NCBI GenBank assembly: GCA_964408485.1
Contig: CAYOZJ010000001.1
Location: forward strand, 92,366 to 156,365
Reading direction: 5' to 3'
Length of the DNA stretch: 64,000 nt
DNA from: an uncultured Gammaproteobacteria bacterium
GTDB lineage: Bacteria > Patescibacteriota > Microgenomatia > Levybacterales > UBA12049
Position 1 is the first letter of the stretch; each line of letters opens with the position of its first letter. The notes under the pieces were generated by a model. That model was not told the DNA's origin, did not search any database, and was given only the letters and a program-made list of their open reading frames with translations. Positions 28,734 through 39,181 of the stretch are shown one piece after another. The position numbers and the translations under genes were made by a program.

Positions 28734-30560
28734 CTAGCGCACAGGGCTTCCTGGATTAAACGAGATTGTTGGAGTAGCTGTTGGTTTTGTTGTCGGTGTT
28801 GGCGTAATAGTAGGAATAGATGTAGGAATGGGAGTTATGGTAGCAGTAACAGTTGAAACAGATGTTGGTACAATAACTGTTGGTGTTGCAGAAAGTGTTT
28901 GAGTAATTTGTGCAACAGCTGCACTAGCAGAAACATTAGAAAGCCTCGTTATAGAATATGGAGGTAATTGTAGAAGAGTTGGTGGCACTTGACCTGAAAT
29001 ACTTGTTGTCAAAAATGAACTATCTCCTGTTGAAAGAGCTGAGGGAGTTGCGCTTAATTGATTATAAAATTGGGCATTCAGATTTGGAGACAATGAAATT
29101 GTATACGCTGTTGATGAAAGATTGAAAATAATTGCTTGCTTGTATTGTCCACCAGAGAAAAGATACCCAACAAGAGATGGAAAACTGCCAGCGCGTCCAG
29201 AAAGCTGTGGATTGGATGAAAACTGAAGAGAAGCAAATGTTTTTTGTCCATACATCCCTCTCATTACTTCAGTCAAAACAAGTCCTGCAGAACTTAATCC
29301 ATCTTGAATAGTTGTTGGAGCATTTGTACAACCGCTTCGATGGGTATATGCGTCTGTTGTCTTAAAAATGAGTGAAAAATTTGCATTTGCCCATAACGTA
29401 TAGTTAGTAGCTAAATTAATTCTACTGTCAGAAAGCATGCTTGTCAGGAATATTCCATCAAAAAGGCCACTTCCCCAACTTCCATCAATAGCATTATACG
29501 GATCGGAGTAGTTGTATTCTGTAAACCAAAACTTTCCATTTCCCCATGTTTGTAATTGATTCAAAAATGGTTTAATTCCATTTTTCTCATAAAGATATGC
29601 TTGACTCAATAAATCTTTTACACCCTGATCTGTCTGAAGATGTGCATATTCTGATTGCTGCTTCTGGCAATATGTTGTGCCTGTTACTGCCATATTCGGC
29701 GCGGGATATGGATGAATCGTGAGATAATAATTTTTTCCTTTGAGTGCTGTAATAAGCTGGCTATTCCATGTACTATTCGTCCCAAAAACTGCATTTACTC
29801 CCACCTGAACTGTACCATCCCATGCATGAATTCCGTCAATCCATCGCTTGGCAATATTTCCATACGAAGTACCACTTGGAAAAATGCATGTTTCATCTGG
29901 ACTAGAGTTTGGTTGATTTTTATATACCTCATTCCCAAGTTCTACATATTTTACCGATATTCCCATTTGTCTTGCAGCTTTCAGGAAATTTAGTTGATCG
30001 GTTAACACACTTTGCCATTTGCTATCCCATACTTCATTGCATTTCAGATTTATTCCATTGGTTGGTGTAATAAGATTTAATACAAAGATAGGAGTCCCAT
30101 GTGTTTTATCAACCATAGTCTTAAGATCGGTGAGTGTTTGGGTGTAATGAGTGAGATAATATGGATACCCATTTACATACGTCGAACTATATTTTGGTCC
30201 ATGAAGATTCCAGAAAGTTCCATCGTGCCAATTATAATAATTAGCCACTCCCGATGGAAAACGAAAAACAGTTGGTAAGAGATTTCCCAGATTTTGTCCA
30301 AGTGTCCCACCAAGACGTGAGGGATCAATACCATCTATATCTACTCCTGCAAAAGGACCATGAAGCGAAGATTGACTACCAATGCTTACAGAAATTGTAC
30401 CCGTTGATGCTCCTAGTACATTTGACTTAGTCAATATAAGCACTCCAATTAGTACTATGGCCATAAGAAGTGAAAAAGAAATACCAATATATTTAAGATT
30501 AAAAAATGATTTATGCTTCTTATGCCTTACAACCTTTTTAACAACTTTCTTTTTCTTCAC
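28734..30560 (-). CDS. Membrane-anchored clan GH-A glycoside hydrolase (GH51/GH79-like) with Pro/Thr tail
   Basis: FRFPSG..ANYYNW, YVELGNE, HPY, WFTEYN. Confidence 0.75.
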   Translation of the reverse strand: MKKKKVVKKVVRHKKHKSFFNLKYIGISFSLLMAIVLIGVLILTKSNVLGASTGTISVSIGSQSSLHGPFAGVDIDGIDPSRLGGTLGQNLGNLLPTVFRFPSGVANYYNWHDGTFWNLHGPKYSSTYVNGYPYYLTHYTQTLTDLKTMVDKTHGTPIFVLNLITPTNGINLKCNEVWDSKWQSVLTDQLNFLKAARQMGISVKYVELGNEVYKNQPNSSPDETCIFPSGTSYGNIAKRWIDGIHAWDGTVQVGVNAVFGTNSTWNSQLITALKGKNYYLTIHPYPAPNMAVTGTTYCQKQQSEYAHLQTDQGVKDLLSQAYLYEKNGIKPFLNQLQTWGNGKFWFTEYNYSDPYNAIDGSWGSGLFDGIFLTSMLSDSRINLATNYTLWANANFSLIFKTTDAYTHRSGCTNAPTTIQDGLSSAGLVLTEVMRGMYGQKTFASLQFSSNPQLSGRAGSFPSLVGYLFSGGQYKQAIIFNLSSTAYTISLSPNLNAQFYNQLSATPSALSTGDSSFLTTSISGQVPPTLLQLPPYSITRLSNVSASAAVAQITQTLSATPTVIVPTSVSTVTATITPIPTSIPTITPTPTTKPTATPTISFNPGSPVR

Positions 30561-30650
30561 ATAAGTAGTGTGAGGTATTTATTTTTTTTCGTCAAGGACT
30601 GAGAAGCTTATGAAGATAAAAGTGATAAAAAAGAATAATTTTTAAAAAAC

Positions 30651-31589
30651 CTATAAAATACTTATTACTACTTTCCCTCTGGGGTGAATATCTTCTTGAT
30701 ACGTAAATGCTTCTTTTGCTTGATCTAATGGATACACTTTATCTACTTGGATTTTTATATGTCCTTCGTCAACTAATTTTGCCAATTCTATTAGTCTTTT
30801 TGTTGTTGTCCGTGTCTGTTGACCAATACTTGTAATGCCCAATTCTTTTGCTTTTTCAGGATTGACTTGCCCAAGCATTGATACAATGATTCCTCCCTTT
30901 TTCAAAACACCAAGAGATTTCTCTCCAGTCTCTCCACCAACCGTATCAAAGACAGCATCCATATCTTTAACGATTGTTTCAAAATGCTGTGTTTTGTAAT
31001 CTATAACTTCATCTGCTCCAAGACCTTTAACAAAATCTATATCTTCTGTCTTAACTGTTGTCACAACATATGCACCCAGAGATTTTGCTAACTGAATTGC
31101 TGTACTCCCAATTCCCCCTGCTCCTCCATGAATGAGAATTTTTTGTCCAGATGAGAGATGCATTTCTTCAGTGAGTGCCTGCAATGCGCTTACGCCAACC
31201 AAAGGTAATGCAGCTGCTTCTGTCCAATTTGCTTTGGCAGGTTTTTTGGCTATACTGGTAATTGGCGCTAAAACGTATTCTGCCATAGATCCACTTCCTC
31301 CTCCTAAAATAATTGCACTGCCATAGACTTCATCTCCTTTAGCAAATTCTGCAACACCATCAAGTACTTCGGTAACTACTCCTGCAAAATCTCCACCCAA
31401 AGTTACGGGAAATTGGAGGGGTACATTTTTAGAAAGCATACCTTCTGAGATTTTCCAATCAATTGCATTAATACCTGCTGCATGGACTTGGACTACAATT
31501 TTACCTTCTGTTGCTTGAGACATGGGAGCATTGGGATTTACCTGAATAACATCAGGCTTTCCGTAGGAATTAATCTGCACTGCTTTCAT
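30651..31589 (-). CDS. NADP-dependent oxidoreductase (MDR family)
   Basis: HAAGINAIDWK, LGGDFAGVV, LIHGGAGGIG, RGKVVI. Confidence 0.92.
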   Translation of the reverse strand: MKAVQINSYGKPDVIQVNPNAPMSQATEGKIVVQVHAAGINAIDWKISEGMLSKNVPLQFPVTLGGDFAGVVTEVLDGVAEFAKGDEVYGSAIILGGGSGSMAEYVLAPITSIAKKPAKANWTEAAALPLVGVSALQALTEEMHLSSGQKILIHGGAGGIGSTAIQLAKSLGAYVVTTVKTEDIDFVKGLGADEVIDYKTQHFETIVKDMDAVFDTVGGETGEKSLGVLKKGGIIVSMLGQVNPEKAKELGITSIGQQTRTTTKRLIELAKLVDEGHIKIQVDKVYPLDQAKEAFTYQEDIHPRGKVVISIL

Positions 31590-31658
31590 ACAAACAGCAT
31601 AGCACTATTTATTAAAATCAGTAAAGTAGTTACAAAAAATAAAGTAAGAGAAGTAAAT

Positions 31659-32315
31659 TTAACCTATATGAGCAGATTTTGCTATTATATTTGCGAGCAA
31701 GTTTATACCTAAATCTTTACCTAATCCCAATGCAAAAATAGTCCATTTTTTAATTGTTTCCCAATTCGGATTTCCTTTCTCTATTTCTTCTTGTATTTTT
31801 CTTATTTCTCTTACAATTTCTTCTTTATTTTCTTCGTCAGATTTCTCTATGCTTTCTATAAGAACATTAAAATTACTTACATTATACTTAACAGCAACAT
31901 TATTTTTATTTTCATTAACCTGTATTATTTGGAACAGTGTGTCCTTTTTCTCAAACACAGGAGGTTTCTCTTCTAGAATACTTCCGTCTGTATAACCTTT
32001 TTTAACGGCATTTAATATTCCTATGCCTTGCTTAAGATTATGTTCTGTTGAATTAGATCCACAATTATGCTCAAATTCTTTAACATACGTACTGTGATTT
32101 CCTAAAAAATTCTTGAGATTTGCTAACGATTCCATTCTCCAACTTGGATATAAGTCACTATTCACAGTTGTGAAGTATACAATTTGTGGTTTACTTGCAG
32201 AAAAAGGATCGTATGAATAATCATGTTGCTCATAAGACTCATGCATGACCAAACTCTGCCCTTCACCAATAAGGGTTTCTAACTTATTGACTCTTTCTTG
32301 CTTAGATAAAAGCAT
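31659..32315 (-). CDS. Hypothetical protein, AT-rich
   Basis: 218 aa, helical C-terminus. Confidence 0.7.
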   Translation of the reverse strand: MLLSKQERVNKLETLIGEGQSLVMHESYEQHDYSYDPFSASKPQIVYFTTVNSDLYPSWRMESLANLKNFLGNHSTYVKEFEHNCGSNSTEHNLKQGIGILNAVKKGYTDGSILEEKPPVFEKKDTLFQIIQVNENKNNVAVKYNVSNFNVLIESIEKSDEENKEEIVREIRKIQEEIEKGNPNWETIKKWTIFALGLGKDLGINLLANIIAKSAHIG

Positions 32316-32334
32316 AAAAAATTATATTAGAATG

Positions 32335-32697
32335 TTATATCGCAAAATTAAAATACTTACTTTCTCCATAATCATATAAAGAAATTGCATTTCCACTTAC
32401 TGCTCCAGAAAAATGTTTTCCCGTATGATAATCGTAACCATCAAAAGTATTTTGATTAATCGCTAAGTTTATGTATGCACTATTTCCGTAGTGATAAAGC
32501 GAAAAGGTTCCGTTTGATCCAGAACCAGAGATATGTTTTTGGAGAACATAATCAAAAACAGCTATACTCTCCTCTTCCACATTACCATTGATGCTGAGAT
32601 GCTTTGACTGAGAATAATCGTAAACAGCGGAAACGTTTTGCTTAGATATAATTCTTGCTGCAATATATGCAACAGCGTATCTTGTATGTGTTTTCAT
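32335..32697 (-). CDS. Hypothetical protein with YDY repeats
   Basis: GGAGGTGA SD; repeated YDY..(K/H)...G units. Confidence 0.75.
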   Translation of the reverse strand: MKTHTRYAVAYIAARIISKQNVSAVYDYSQSKHLSINGNVEEESIAVFDYVLQKHISGSGSNGTFSLYHYGNSAYINLAINQNTFDGYDYHTGKHFSGAVSGNAISLYDYGESKYFNFAI

Positions 32698-32861
32698 ATT
32701 TTCACCTCCTTTCTTAGAGTTAAAAAAAGGGTAAATGAGTTATTCGTGGGTGTAGCTGATCTGAGGTGGGCAGATAGTTTCTTCACGTAGCTCTCGCCTA
32801 AAGAACAGCATAAACATATCAAACTATGCAAGAAAAATCAACATATGAAAGTTTTATAGGA

Positions 32862-33353
32862 TTATTTTTTATTCCTCAGTAGCACAAAATGGTCAACTTT
32901 TTCACCTCCCAAATGTTTTACTATTTTTTCAATATTTTTTATAAGGGTTTCGTTAGTTTTTATATTGTGCAGATATCTATTAATTTCTTTTTGACGAGAA
33001 GGAGGATATTTTTCAAAAGTGTCTTTTGCTTTCTTATTTTGCGCTAATGCTTTTTGAAGAAGCGGATGTATAGATACTTCGCGAGAAGATTTATCTACAA
33101 AAATTTCAAACTCTGCCCTATCACCTACTTTTACTTTTGTTGCTTTTACCATTATCCCATTTACATATAATCTCCATGCACCCTGATACTTTATTAAAGT
33201 CTGCACAAAATCTTTTCCATTAATTTTTCCAATGACCGGAATTGGACCACGATCTTTACCAAAAGATTTAAATAATTCGGAAAGAACTTTTTCCGGAAGT
33301 AAAACATAAGGATTTACGCCAATAATTTCAATTTCTGCAGAAAAAGTAAGCAT
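32862..33353 (-). CDS. DUF1905 / YdeI-OmpD-associated protein
   Basis: G.IPV.G.ING..F..TL; AL.....A...F....PS.QKE. Confidence 0.8.
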   Translation of the reverse strand: MLTFSAEIEIIGVNPYVLLPEKVLSELFKSFGKDRGPIPVIGKINGKDFVQTLIKYQGAWRLYVNGIMVKATKVKVGDRAEFEIFVDKSSREVSIHPLLQKALAQNKKAKDTFEKYPPSRQKEINRYLHNIKTNETLIKNIEKIVKHLGGEKVDHFVLLRNKK

Positions 33354-33356
33354 TTC

Positions 33357-33941
33357 TTATTTGGATTTATTTAACTTTGCAAGAAAAAGAAGCGTGTTAC
33401 CTACTAAAAATGCTCCTACCAAAATCCCTAGTGTCCATTCCCCTACTCCTCTATACCCAACAATAGTTGGATTAAGGAAAGGATACGGATACCAATGCAC
33501 AAATACTCCACGAAAAAGTGTATACACAACAAATGTCAAAGGAAATATAAGCCACATTGCAACGCTTTTCCATGTATACGTCTTTATTGGAAACACAACC
33601 CACCCAACAACTACCGCAATTGGCATAAGCCCGTGAAGGACCAGCGTTATCCATTCAACGTCTGTTGTTAATTGCTTGCCTCCATGCAAAATTGTCCAGT
33701 ACACAATGCCTGTTATGCACATATATAAAACAGCAGGACCATAACAGTTTTGAATAAACATGTTCTTTTTCAGAGTTTTTAAAGGAGATGCTCCAAGAGT
33801 AAGAAAAACTACAGTAATGAGTATATTGCTAAGAATTGTGAAATAACTAAAGTAATCAACAATAACAGTAAGTGACAATAATAATGCAACCCCAAGCGCA
33901 AGTAAATTAATGAGTCCGAAGAGTAAAAAATACCATCGCAT
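33357..33941 (-). CDS. Pr6Pr family membrane protein
   Basis: FSYFTILSN, TGIVY, LH...P, RG....WYPYPFL. Confidence 0.85.
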   Translation of the reverse strand: MRWYFLLFGLINLLALGVALLLSLTVIVDYFSYFTILSNILITVVFLTLGASPLKTLKKNMFIQNCYGPAVLYMCITGIVYWTILHGGKQLTTDVEWITLVLHGLMPIAVVVGWVVFPIKTYTWKSVAMWLIFPLTFVVYTLFRGVFVHWYPYPFLNPTIVGYRGVGEWTLGILVGAFLVGNTLLFLAKLNKSK

Positions 33942-34000
33942 ATACTCAGCATAGAGCAAATCTTCTTGTGAATGCAATGGATTTGTGAAATAGTAACAGT

Positions 34001-34873
34001 ATGAAGAAAGTTTGGCTCACTGTCATTGCAGTTTTGCTTCTTCTTATTGCAGGACTTGTTTTTTACAAACTCCATATCCAACCCAAACCTGCAGACCTTT
34101 CCAAAACACCAGAGACTGCTCTTCTTGCACAAGTTGCCCTTTGGTATCCATCTGCCGGCTGGTCTTCTCCAAAGATAGATAAACAAACAACACTATACGG
34201 CTCCTTTACTGGAGAAAGTATGCAGGCAACGATAAAAAGCGATAAAGCATTTATGGAGCATTACGAAAATGCAGATACGCTCAAGCAAATGGGATTTTTG
34301 CCTGATACCAATCTTTCTGCAGATGGACCAGGGTCGTCTAGTTGGGGATATTCCAATATAACAAGTAACTCCAAACAATTAATTATTTTTTCGTACCGCA
34401 CCAAGCCAACCAATACTAATCCCAACGAACCTGCTCAATTTACCTGCCCTTGTGATAAAACAATTTCTGTTTTTGTAAGTCTCTCCTCTACCCCAACACA
34501 AGCTACTCACGTTAGCACAACGCCAACCCTGAGTTCCTCCGGTTCAACCGGAGTTCAATCGGGGCCAACACTTGCCAATCCTGCATCGGTCAACTGCACC
34601 AACAAAGGCGGAACCTTACTTATTAAAAAGCGCGGAGACGGCGGTGAATATGGACTATGTGATTTTGGTGATAATATGCAATGCGAAGAATGGGCTCTTT
34701 TCCGAGGAGATTGCCCAGTTGGAGGCAGAAAAACAACAGGATTTGATACGATCGATCAAAAATACTGTGCGTGGCTTGGAGGATCTACCTATGCTGTAGA
34801 AAATGCTACATGCCAATTACCCAACGGCCACAATTGCCTAGATACAGATTTGTATAACGGGACGTGTCAGTAA
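34001..34873 (+). CDS. Membrane-anchored DUF333-domain protein
   Basis: LANPASVNC..KGG.......G.C......CEEWALFRGDC. Confidence 0.82.
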   Translation: MKKVWLTVIAVLLLLIAGLVFYKLHIQPKPADLSKTPETALLAQVALWYPSAGWSSPKIDKQTTLYGSFTGESMQATIKSDKAFMEHYENADTLKQMGFLPDTNLSADGPGSSSWGYSNITSNSKQLIIFSYRTKPTNTNPNEPAQFTCPCDKTISVFVSLSSTPTQATHVSTTPTLSSSGSTGVQSGPTLANPASVNCTNKGGTLLIKKRGDGGEYGLCDFGDNMQCEEWALFRGDCPVGGRKTTGFDTIDQKYCAWLGGSTYAVENATCQLPNGHNCLDTDLYNGTCQ

Positions 34874-34874
34874 A

Positions 34875-35603
34875 TTACTTCGTTAGTTTAAATGTAGAAA
34901 GAAATAGTGCAAAATTATTCAATTCCTCAGGCGTTGTGTAGCTATTAGAAATCATATAAATATTTCCATTTGATTTTACATATACTCGATGCTGCTTGTA
35001 TGTACCTGTTGCCACCTCAATAGTCAGGGCTGATTGTCCATTTACTATCGTATCAGGAAGTTTGGTAAATGTTGCTCCTCCACTTGTTGTACTCTGACCA
35101 TTTTGCATTGTTGAGAAAAGATTTATGAAGTCACTAGACATATAGTTGTAGACTGCAATATCTTTTGCATTAAACGTGTCAGAGATAACTGCTGTAAGAA
35201 AGGTTGGCAGTACAGGTTCGTTACTAGGCGTTTTAAAATCCACATAATGGTAATACGTATTGTCCTCATGGGTCGTGAGAGCAGATGGATACTTAACGCT
35301 GTATCCGTATTTATCATTTGTATATGTTGACCAGCTTGCTGTTGGATCTGGAGTTGGTGTTGCTGTTGGGACTAGGGTAACAATGGGCTTTGCAGATTGC
35401 TGCATAGAGGAATTGCTTTGTTTGGTTCCTAAATAGTATCCTCCACAACCAACTCCAGCAATAAGAATAACAACTACAAGAGCAAGAAGGATTTTATTAA
35501 ATGTATTTCCTGATTTTTTCTCTGGAGCTGTTGGTTGTTGTGCAACAATAACAGGCTGTTGTGCTATCGATTGTGACACTGGTTGATTAGGTAATGGATC
35601 CAT
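34875..35603 (-). CDS. Membrane-anchored PsbP-like surface protein
   Basis: TM, PT linker, W.TY.N.KYGYS.KYP, LSTFK terminus. Confidence 0.7.
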   Translation of the reverse strand: MDPLPNQPVSQSIAQQPVIVAQQPTAPEKKSGNTFNKILLALVVVILIAGVGCGGYYLGTKQSNSSMQQSAKPIVTLVPTATPTPDPTASWSTYTNDKYGYSVKYPSALTTHEDNTYYHYVDFKTPSNEPVLPTFLTAVISDTFNAKDIAVYNYMSSDFINLFSTMQNGQSTTSGGATFTKLPDTIVNGQSALTIEVATGTYKQHRVYVKSNGNIYMISNSYTTPEELNNFALFLSTFKLTK

Positions 35604-35621
35604 AAGATAAGTATAGCAAAT

Positions 35622-36275
35622 TTACTCTTCAAACTTCTGTTTCACTATTTCTTCAACTTCTTTGAATGAATTTGCTACCGCATCTGCCTTTTCAGTCTGC
35701 AAGTACCCTTCCCGAAGAAGCGGTGTAAATCCAATAACAAAAGCGCCAGTAGCATTTGCTGACTTAATTCCATTATTGGAATCTTCAAGAATAATTGTTG
35801 TCTCTGGTACAACACCAAGATCCTTCATTGCGTGAAGATATCCTTCAGGACTTGGCTTTGATAAGAGTCCTTCTTCATTGAGTGAAATTGTATAATCAAA
35901 AAGCGTTTTATCCTCTATTTTATCCAAAACCATTTGTATCCATGACCTGCGAGACGAACTAACAATACCAACAATAAATCCTAAATTCTTAAGGGAGGAA
36001 ATAAGATCTTTTAATCCGTCTGTTATAACTGCTTTTTCATACATTTTTTCCGCCTGAACGTCATATTGATGATAGTATTCATTAAGGTCCATTGAAAAAC
36101 CATGCGCTTTTGCAATTGCGTATTCATGATCAAGACTTGTTCCGGTCGTATCCCCCATTGCATCAACAATCTTGTCTCCATAGAGTTTTCTAGCAAAATC
36201 TGCACCGTAAGTTTGCCACTTTTTTTCACTATCAACAATAACCCCATCCAAATCAAAGAGAAATGCGCGTTTCAT
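35622..36275 (-). CDS. HAD-family phosphatase
   Basis: FDLDGVIVDSE, KPSP, EDSNNG. Confidence 0.92.
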   Translation of the reverse strand: MKRAFLFDLDGVIVDSEKKWQTYGADFARKLYGDKIVDAMGDTTGTSLDHEYAIAKAHGFSMDLNEYYHQYDVQAEKMYEKAVITDGLKDLISSLKNLGFIVGIVSSSRRSWIQMVLDKIEDKTLFDYTISLNEEGLLSKPSPEGYLHAMKDLGVVPETTIILEDSNNGIKSANATGAFVIGFTPLLREGYLQTEKADAVANSFKEVEEIVKQKFEE

Positions 36276-36296
36276 GGAGTAATTATACCAAACGTA

Positions 36297-36971
36297 TTAT
36301 AAAGAAGCTTTTTCTACTTCAGAAAGTTTTTTTCGGTGAAACACATTGTTTAGAATAACTATTCCAACCACGATAAAAATCCATGAGAGCGGAGCAAGAA
36401 CCGGATGAATAGAGATAAGTGGAATAGACATCGTAAAAACAACCGGCGCAATGAGCATTCGCATTGTATAGTAACGAATATCTCTCTCGCTCATGTGCGT
36501 ATCTACCAATCTATTATGATGACTAGCATACACCCAAATGGCTGCTAAAAAATAACCCACAACTGCCAAGCTTGCACTATAAAACACCACGATAACAGGT
36601 GTCATAAAGAAATCTCCATACAAATCAACAGGAAATGGTAAAAAGGATAAAAAGATAAGAAATACTAAATTCAACCACACAAGAGAACCGTTATACTTTT
36701 TAACCATACTAAAAATAGCATGATGGTTAAGCCAATAGTACCCAATAACAAGAAAGCTAATAATATTTGCTAAATATTGCGGCCAAAGTATAGTAAATGC
36801 AGATAAAAATTGTGTACTTACTTGTTGTCTAACAATTTGGGGTAAGTCAATTTTTAACACAAGGAGTGTTGCAGCAAAAGCAAAAACAGCATCGGAAAAT
36901 CCTAATACCCTGTCTTCGCTAATAAGATTTCCTACTTCACCGGCAATCTTTTTCTCCTCTTTGTCTTCCAT
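36297..36971 (-). CDS. TMEM175 family potassium channel
   Basis: R...FSDAVFA.AATLL, W..HH.IF, LPFP. Confidence 0.9.
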   Translation of the reverse strand: MEDKEEKKIAGEVGNLISEDRVLGFSDAVFAFAATLLVLKIDLPQIVRQQVSTQFLSAFTILWPQYLANIISFLVIGYYWLNHHAIFSMVKKYNGSLVWLNLVFLIFLSFLPFPVDLYGDFFMTPVIVVFYSASLAVVGYFLAAIWVYASHHNRLVDTHMSERDIRYYTMRMLIAPVVFTMSIPLISIHPVLAPLSWIFIVVGIVILNNVFHRKKLSEVEKASL

Positions 36972-36988
36972 GAATTTAGTATAGCATT

Positions 36989-37012
36989 AACCCTTCGACC
37001 TAGCTCAGGGTT
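36989..37012. repeat. CCCTTCGAC...GCTCAGGG mini palindrome
   Basis: aacccttcgacctagctcagggtt. Confidence 0.7.
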
Positions 37013-37021
37013 TCGCTTCGC

Positions 37022-38206
37022 TCAAAATGCAGTTTCTTTTGGCTCGACATGACTAATAACCCGAAGAGACAAGAAGTAACAAACAAGCACTAATACACTT
37101 CCAACAAGAAATGGCAAAGGTACAGAAATTGTAGCGACAATTCCTCCCAAGATGGGACCAACAATCATACCAATACTTTGATATGACGCATTAAGTCCCA
37201 TGATAGATCCTTGAGATTTAGCATCTGCTTCCTGCGAGAGAATTGCTGGAATAAGCGTCTGCGCAACGCTATTCACAAATCCCAGAAGAAGTGATATAGC
37301 AACAAACAAATACAATGAGTGTGCAAAAAACATCGCAAAGAAAACAATTGCGGTAAAAAGAAAGCTAAGAGAAAATGCTTTCTTCATACCAAACATTTTA
37401 GAGAATCTCTGAACAAGAAACGTCTGAGAAATAAGCCCAACGATTCCAAAAAGTGTAAAAAGGATTGCATTTTGCTGGGAGGTGACTTTTAGAATATTAA
37501 TGGTGAAGGGCTGAAATCCATAAATAATTGCGCACGAAAATGCAAGGAAGTAAATAAGTGAAATGATAAATGTTGCTCCAAGATTTGGGTCAAATAATGT
37601 ATGCCACAAATGAGAAAAATCGAATAACGACTTCTTCTCTACCTCACCCATATGCTTGTTGGTCTCTGGCAAGTAAAGAGCTGTCAAAACAATTGCAAGA
37701 ATAGTAATTGCCGCTGCGATAAGGAAAGGGACACTCAGGCCAAACCCAACAGTGAGCGCTGAAATTGCAGGACCAAAGACAAATCCAAAGCTAAAAGCCG
37801 CACCGACCAAACCAAATGCTTTTGGCCTTTCTTGTGGCTCTGTCGAATCAGAAATAACTGCAAAAGCAACAGGAATATTACCTGCAGTAATTCCGTCCAA
37901 CATTCGTGCTAAAAAGAGAAATAGTGCATTTGGCGCAAATGCCATAAGGAGAAATGACAATGCTGTACCGGTAATAGATATAAGGAGCAACGGCTTTCTT
38001 CCATATTTATCAGATAGTCTCCCAATAATTGGTGTTGAAATAAATTGGCAAATCGAAAATGACGCAAATAATAATCCATTTTGAAAATCCGATAACCCAA
38101 AATGCTTTGAGTAAGAATACAAAATAGGAATAACAATGCCATAACCAAGCATATTCACGAGTGCAATGAGTGCAATAATTAAAAAGTTGCGGTTTTTGTG
38201 TAACAT
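37022..38206 (-). CDS. MFS transporter (TetA/DHA1-like)
   Basis: GRLSDKYGRKP motif A; 12 TM. Confidence 0.92.
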   Translation of the reverse strand: MLHKNRNFLIIALIALVNMLGYGIVIPILYSYSKHFGLSDFQNGLLFASFSICQFISTPIIGRLSDKYGRKPLLLISITGTALSFLLMAFAPNALFLFLARMLDGITAGNIPVAFAVISDSTEPQERPKAFGLVGAAFSFGFVFGPAISALTVGFGLSVPFLIAAAITILAIVLTALYLPETNKHMGEVEKKSLFDFSHLWHTLFDPNLGATFIISLIYFLAFSCAIIYGFQPFTINILKVTSQQNAILFTLFGIVGLISQTFLVQRFSKMFGMKKAFSLSFLFTAIVFFAMFFAHSLYLFVAISLLLGFVNSVAQTLIPAILSQEADAKSQGSIMGLNASYQSIGMIVGPILGGIVATISVPLPFLVGSVLVLVCYFLSLRVISHVEPKETAF

Positions 38207-38379
38207 GTATAGCCCATTGTATCAACACACCAAAGACCAAACAACCCAGCAAATTTGCTACGGGCTATTTGACTGCTTCTTTGCAACACAAAGCATAACG
38301 ATACATTTCCTTAACAGCAAATCTAAGCATTTATGCCTTAGATTTGACAGATGATTGTATCCATGATTTGATGAATATA

Positions 38380-38769
38380 ATGCATCTTCCTGAAAGGACT
38401 AAACAAATTATTCTCGCCTGTGTTGTTAGTATTGTTGTTGTCGGACTTGGGCTTTTTGCATCAACCCAATCAGTTACCTATTCCGGCACTCTTCCCTGCG
38501 CTGACTGTGTCGGCATCAAGACAACGCTTACTCTTTACGCCAATCAGACCTACCAATTAAAGTCTCTTTATATCGATAAGGGAGCGCCATTTACCGAAAA
38601 AGGGTCATGGCAAGAAGAGTGGAAAAATAATATGCAGGTGTATGTACTAAAAAGTAACGGAATGCCTAGTTATTACCAAATCATTACCTCAACGACAATA
38701 AAAATGCTTGATGGAGATGGCAATCAAATTCAGGCGCCTTTTAACCAGATACTCAGACGCGTAGATTAG
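38380..38769 (+). CDS. NlpE N-terminal domain protein
   Basis: YSGTLPCADC.GI.T.L.L; start uncertain. Confidence 0.82.
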   Translation: MHLPERTKQIILACVVSIVVVGLGLFASTQSVTYSGTLPCADCVGIKTTLTLYANQTYQLKSLYIDKGAPFTEKGSWQEEWKNNMQVYVLKSNGMPSYYQIITSTTIKMLDGDGNQIQAPFNQILRRVD

Positions 38770-39140
38770 TGAACTACTTTTTGTGCGTGGTTTTTTATCT
38801 TCGTAAGTAATTCTTCCATATCAAATGGTTTTGCAATATAGTCATCAAAGACAGCACGAGCTGCATTTTTCTTAATTTCACTATTTGCTGAGACTAAAAT
38901 AACAGGAAGATTTTTCATTTCCTTATTTCTTCTAATTTCATTGCATACATCAACCCCATTTACTCCCGACATCCACAAGTCGAGAAGAAGTAAGTCTGGC
39001 TTAGTGTCTCGTATCCGTGAAATAACCTTCTTCCCTTCTCTCACCACATCAACATCGTAATCTGCAATTTGTAACATAAGTTGTATTGCATCAAGAATGC
39101 CCTGGTCGTCATCTGCAATAAGGATTTTCGGTTTTACCAT
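38766..39140 (-). CDS. Single-domain response regulator
   Basis: ADDD, LLD..M.G..G, SA, KPF. Confidence 0.93.
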   Translation of the reverse strand: MVKPKILIADDDQGILDAIQLMLQIADYDVDVVREGKKVISRIRDTKPDLLLLDLWMSGVNGVDVCNEIRRNKEMKNLPVILVSANSEIKKNAARAVFDDYIAKPFDMEELLTKIKNHAQKVVH

Positions 39141-39181
39141 GGCTATAAGTGTAAAGTATACGTATAAGAATCATGTAAGAA

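Noticed and set aside
32740-32805. GC-richer patch starting GGGTGTAGCT, tRNA-like at first glance
   Set aside because: No cloverleaf, T arm or acceptor pairing
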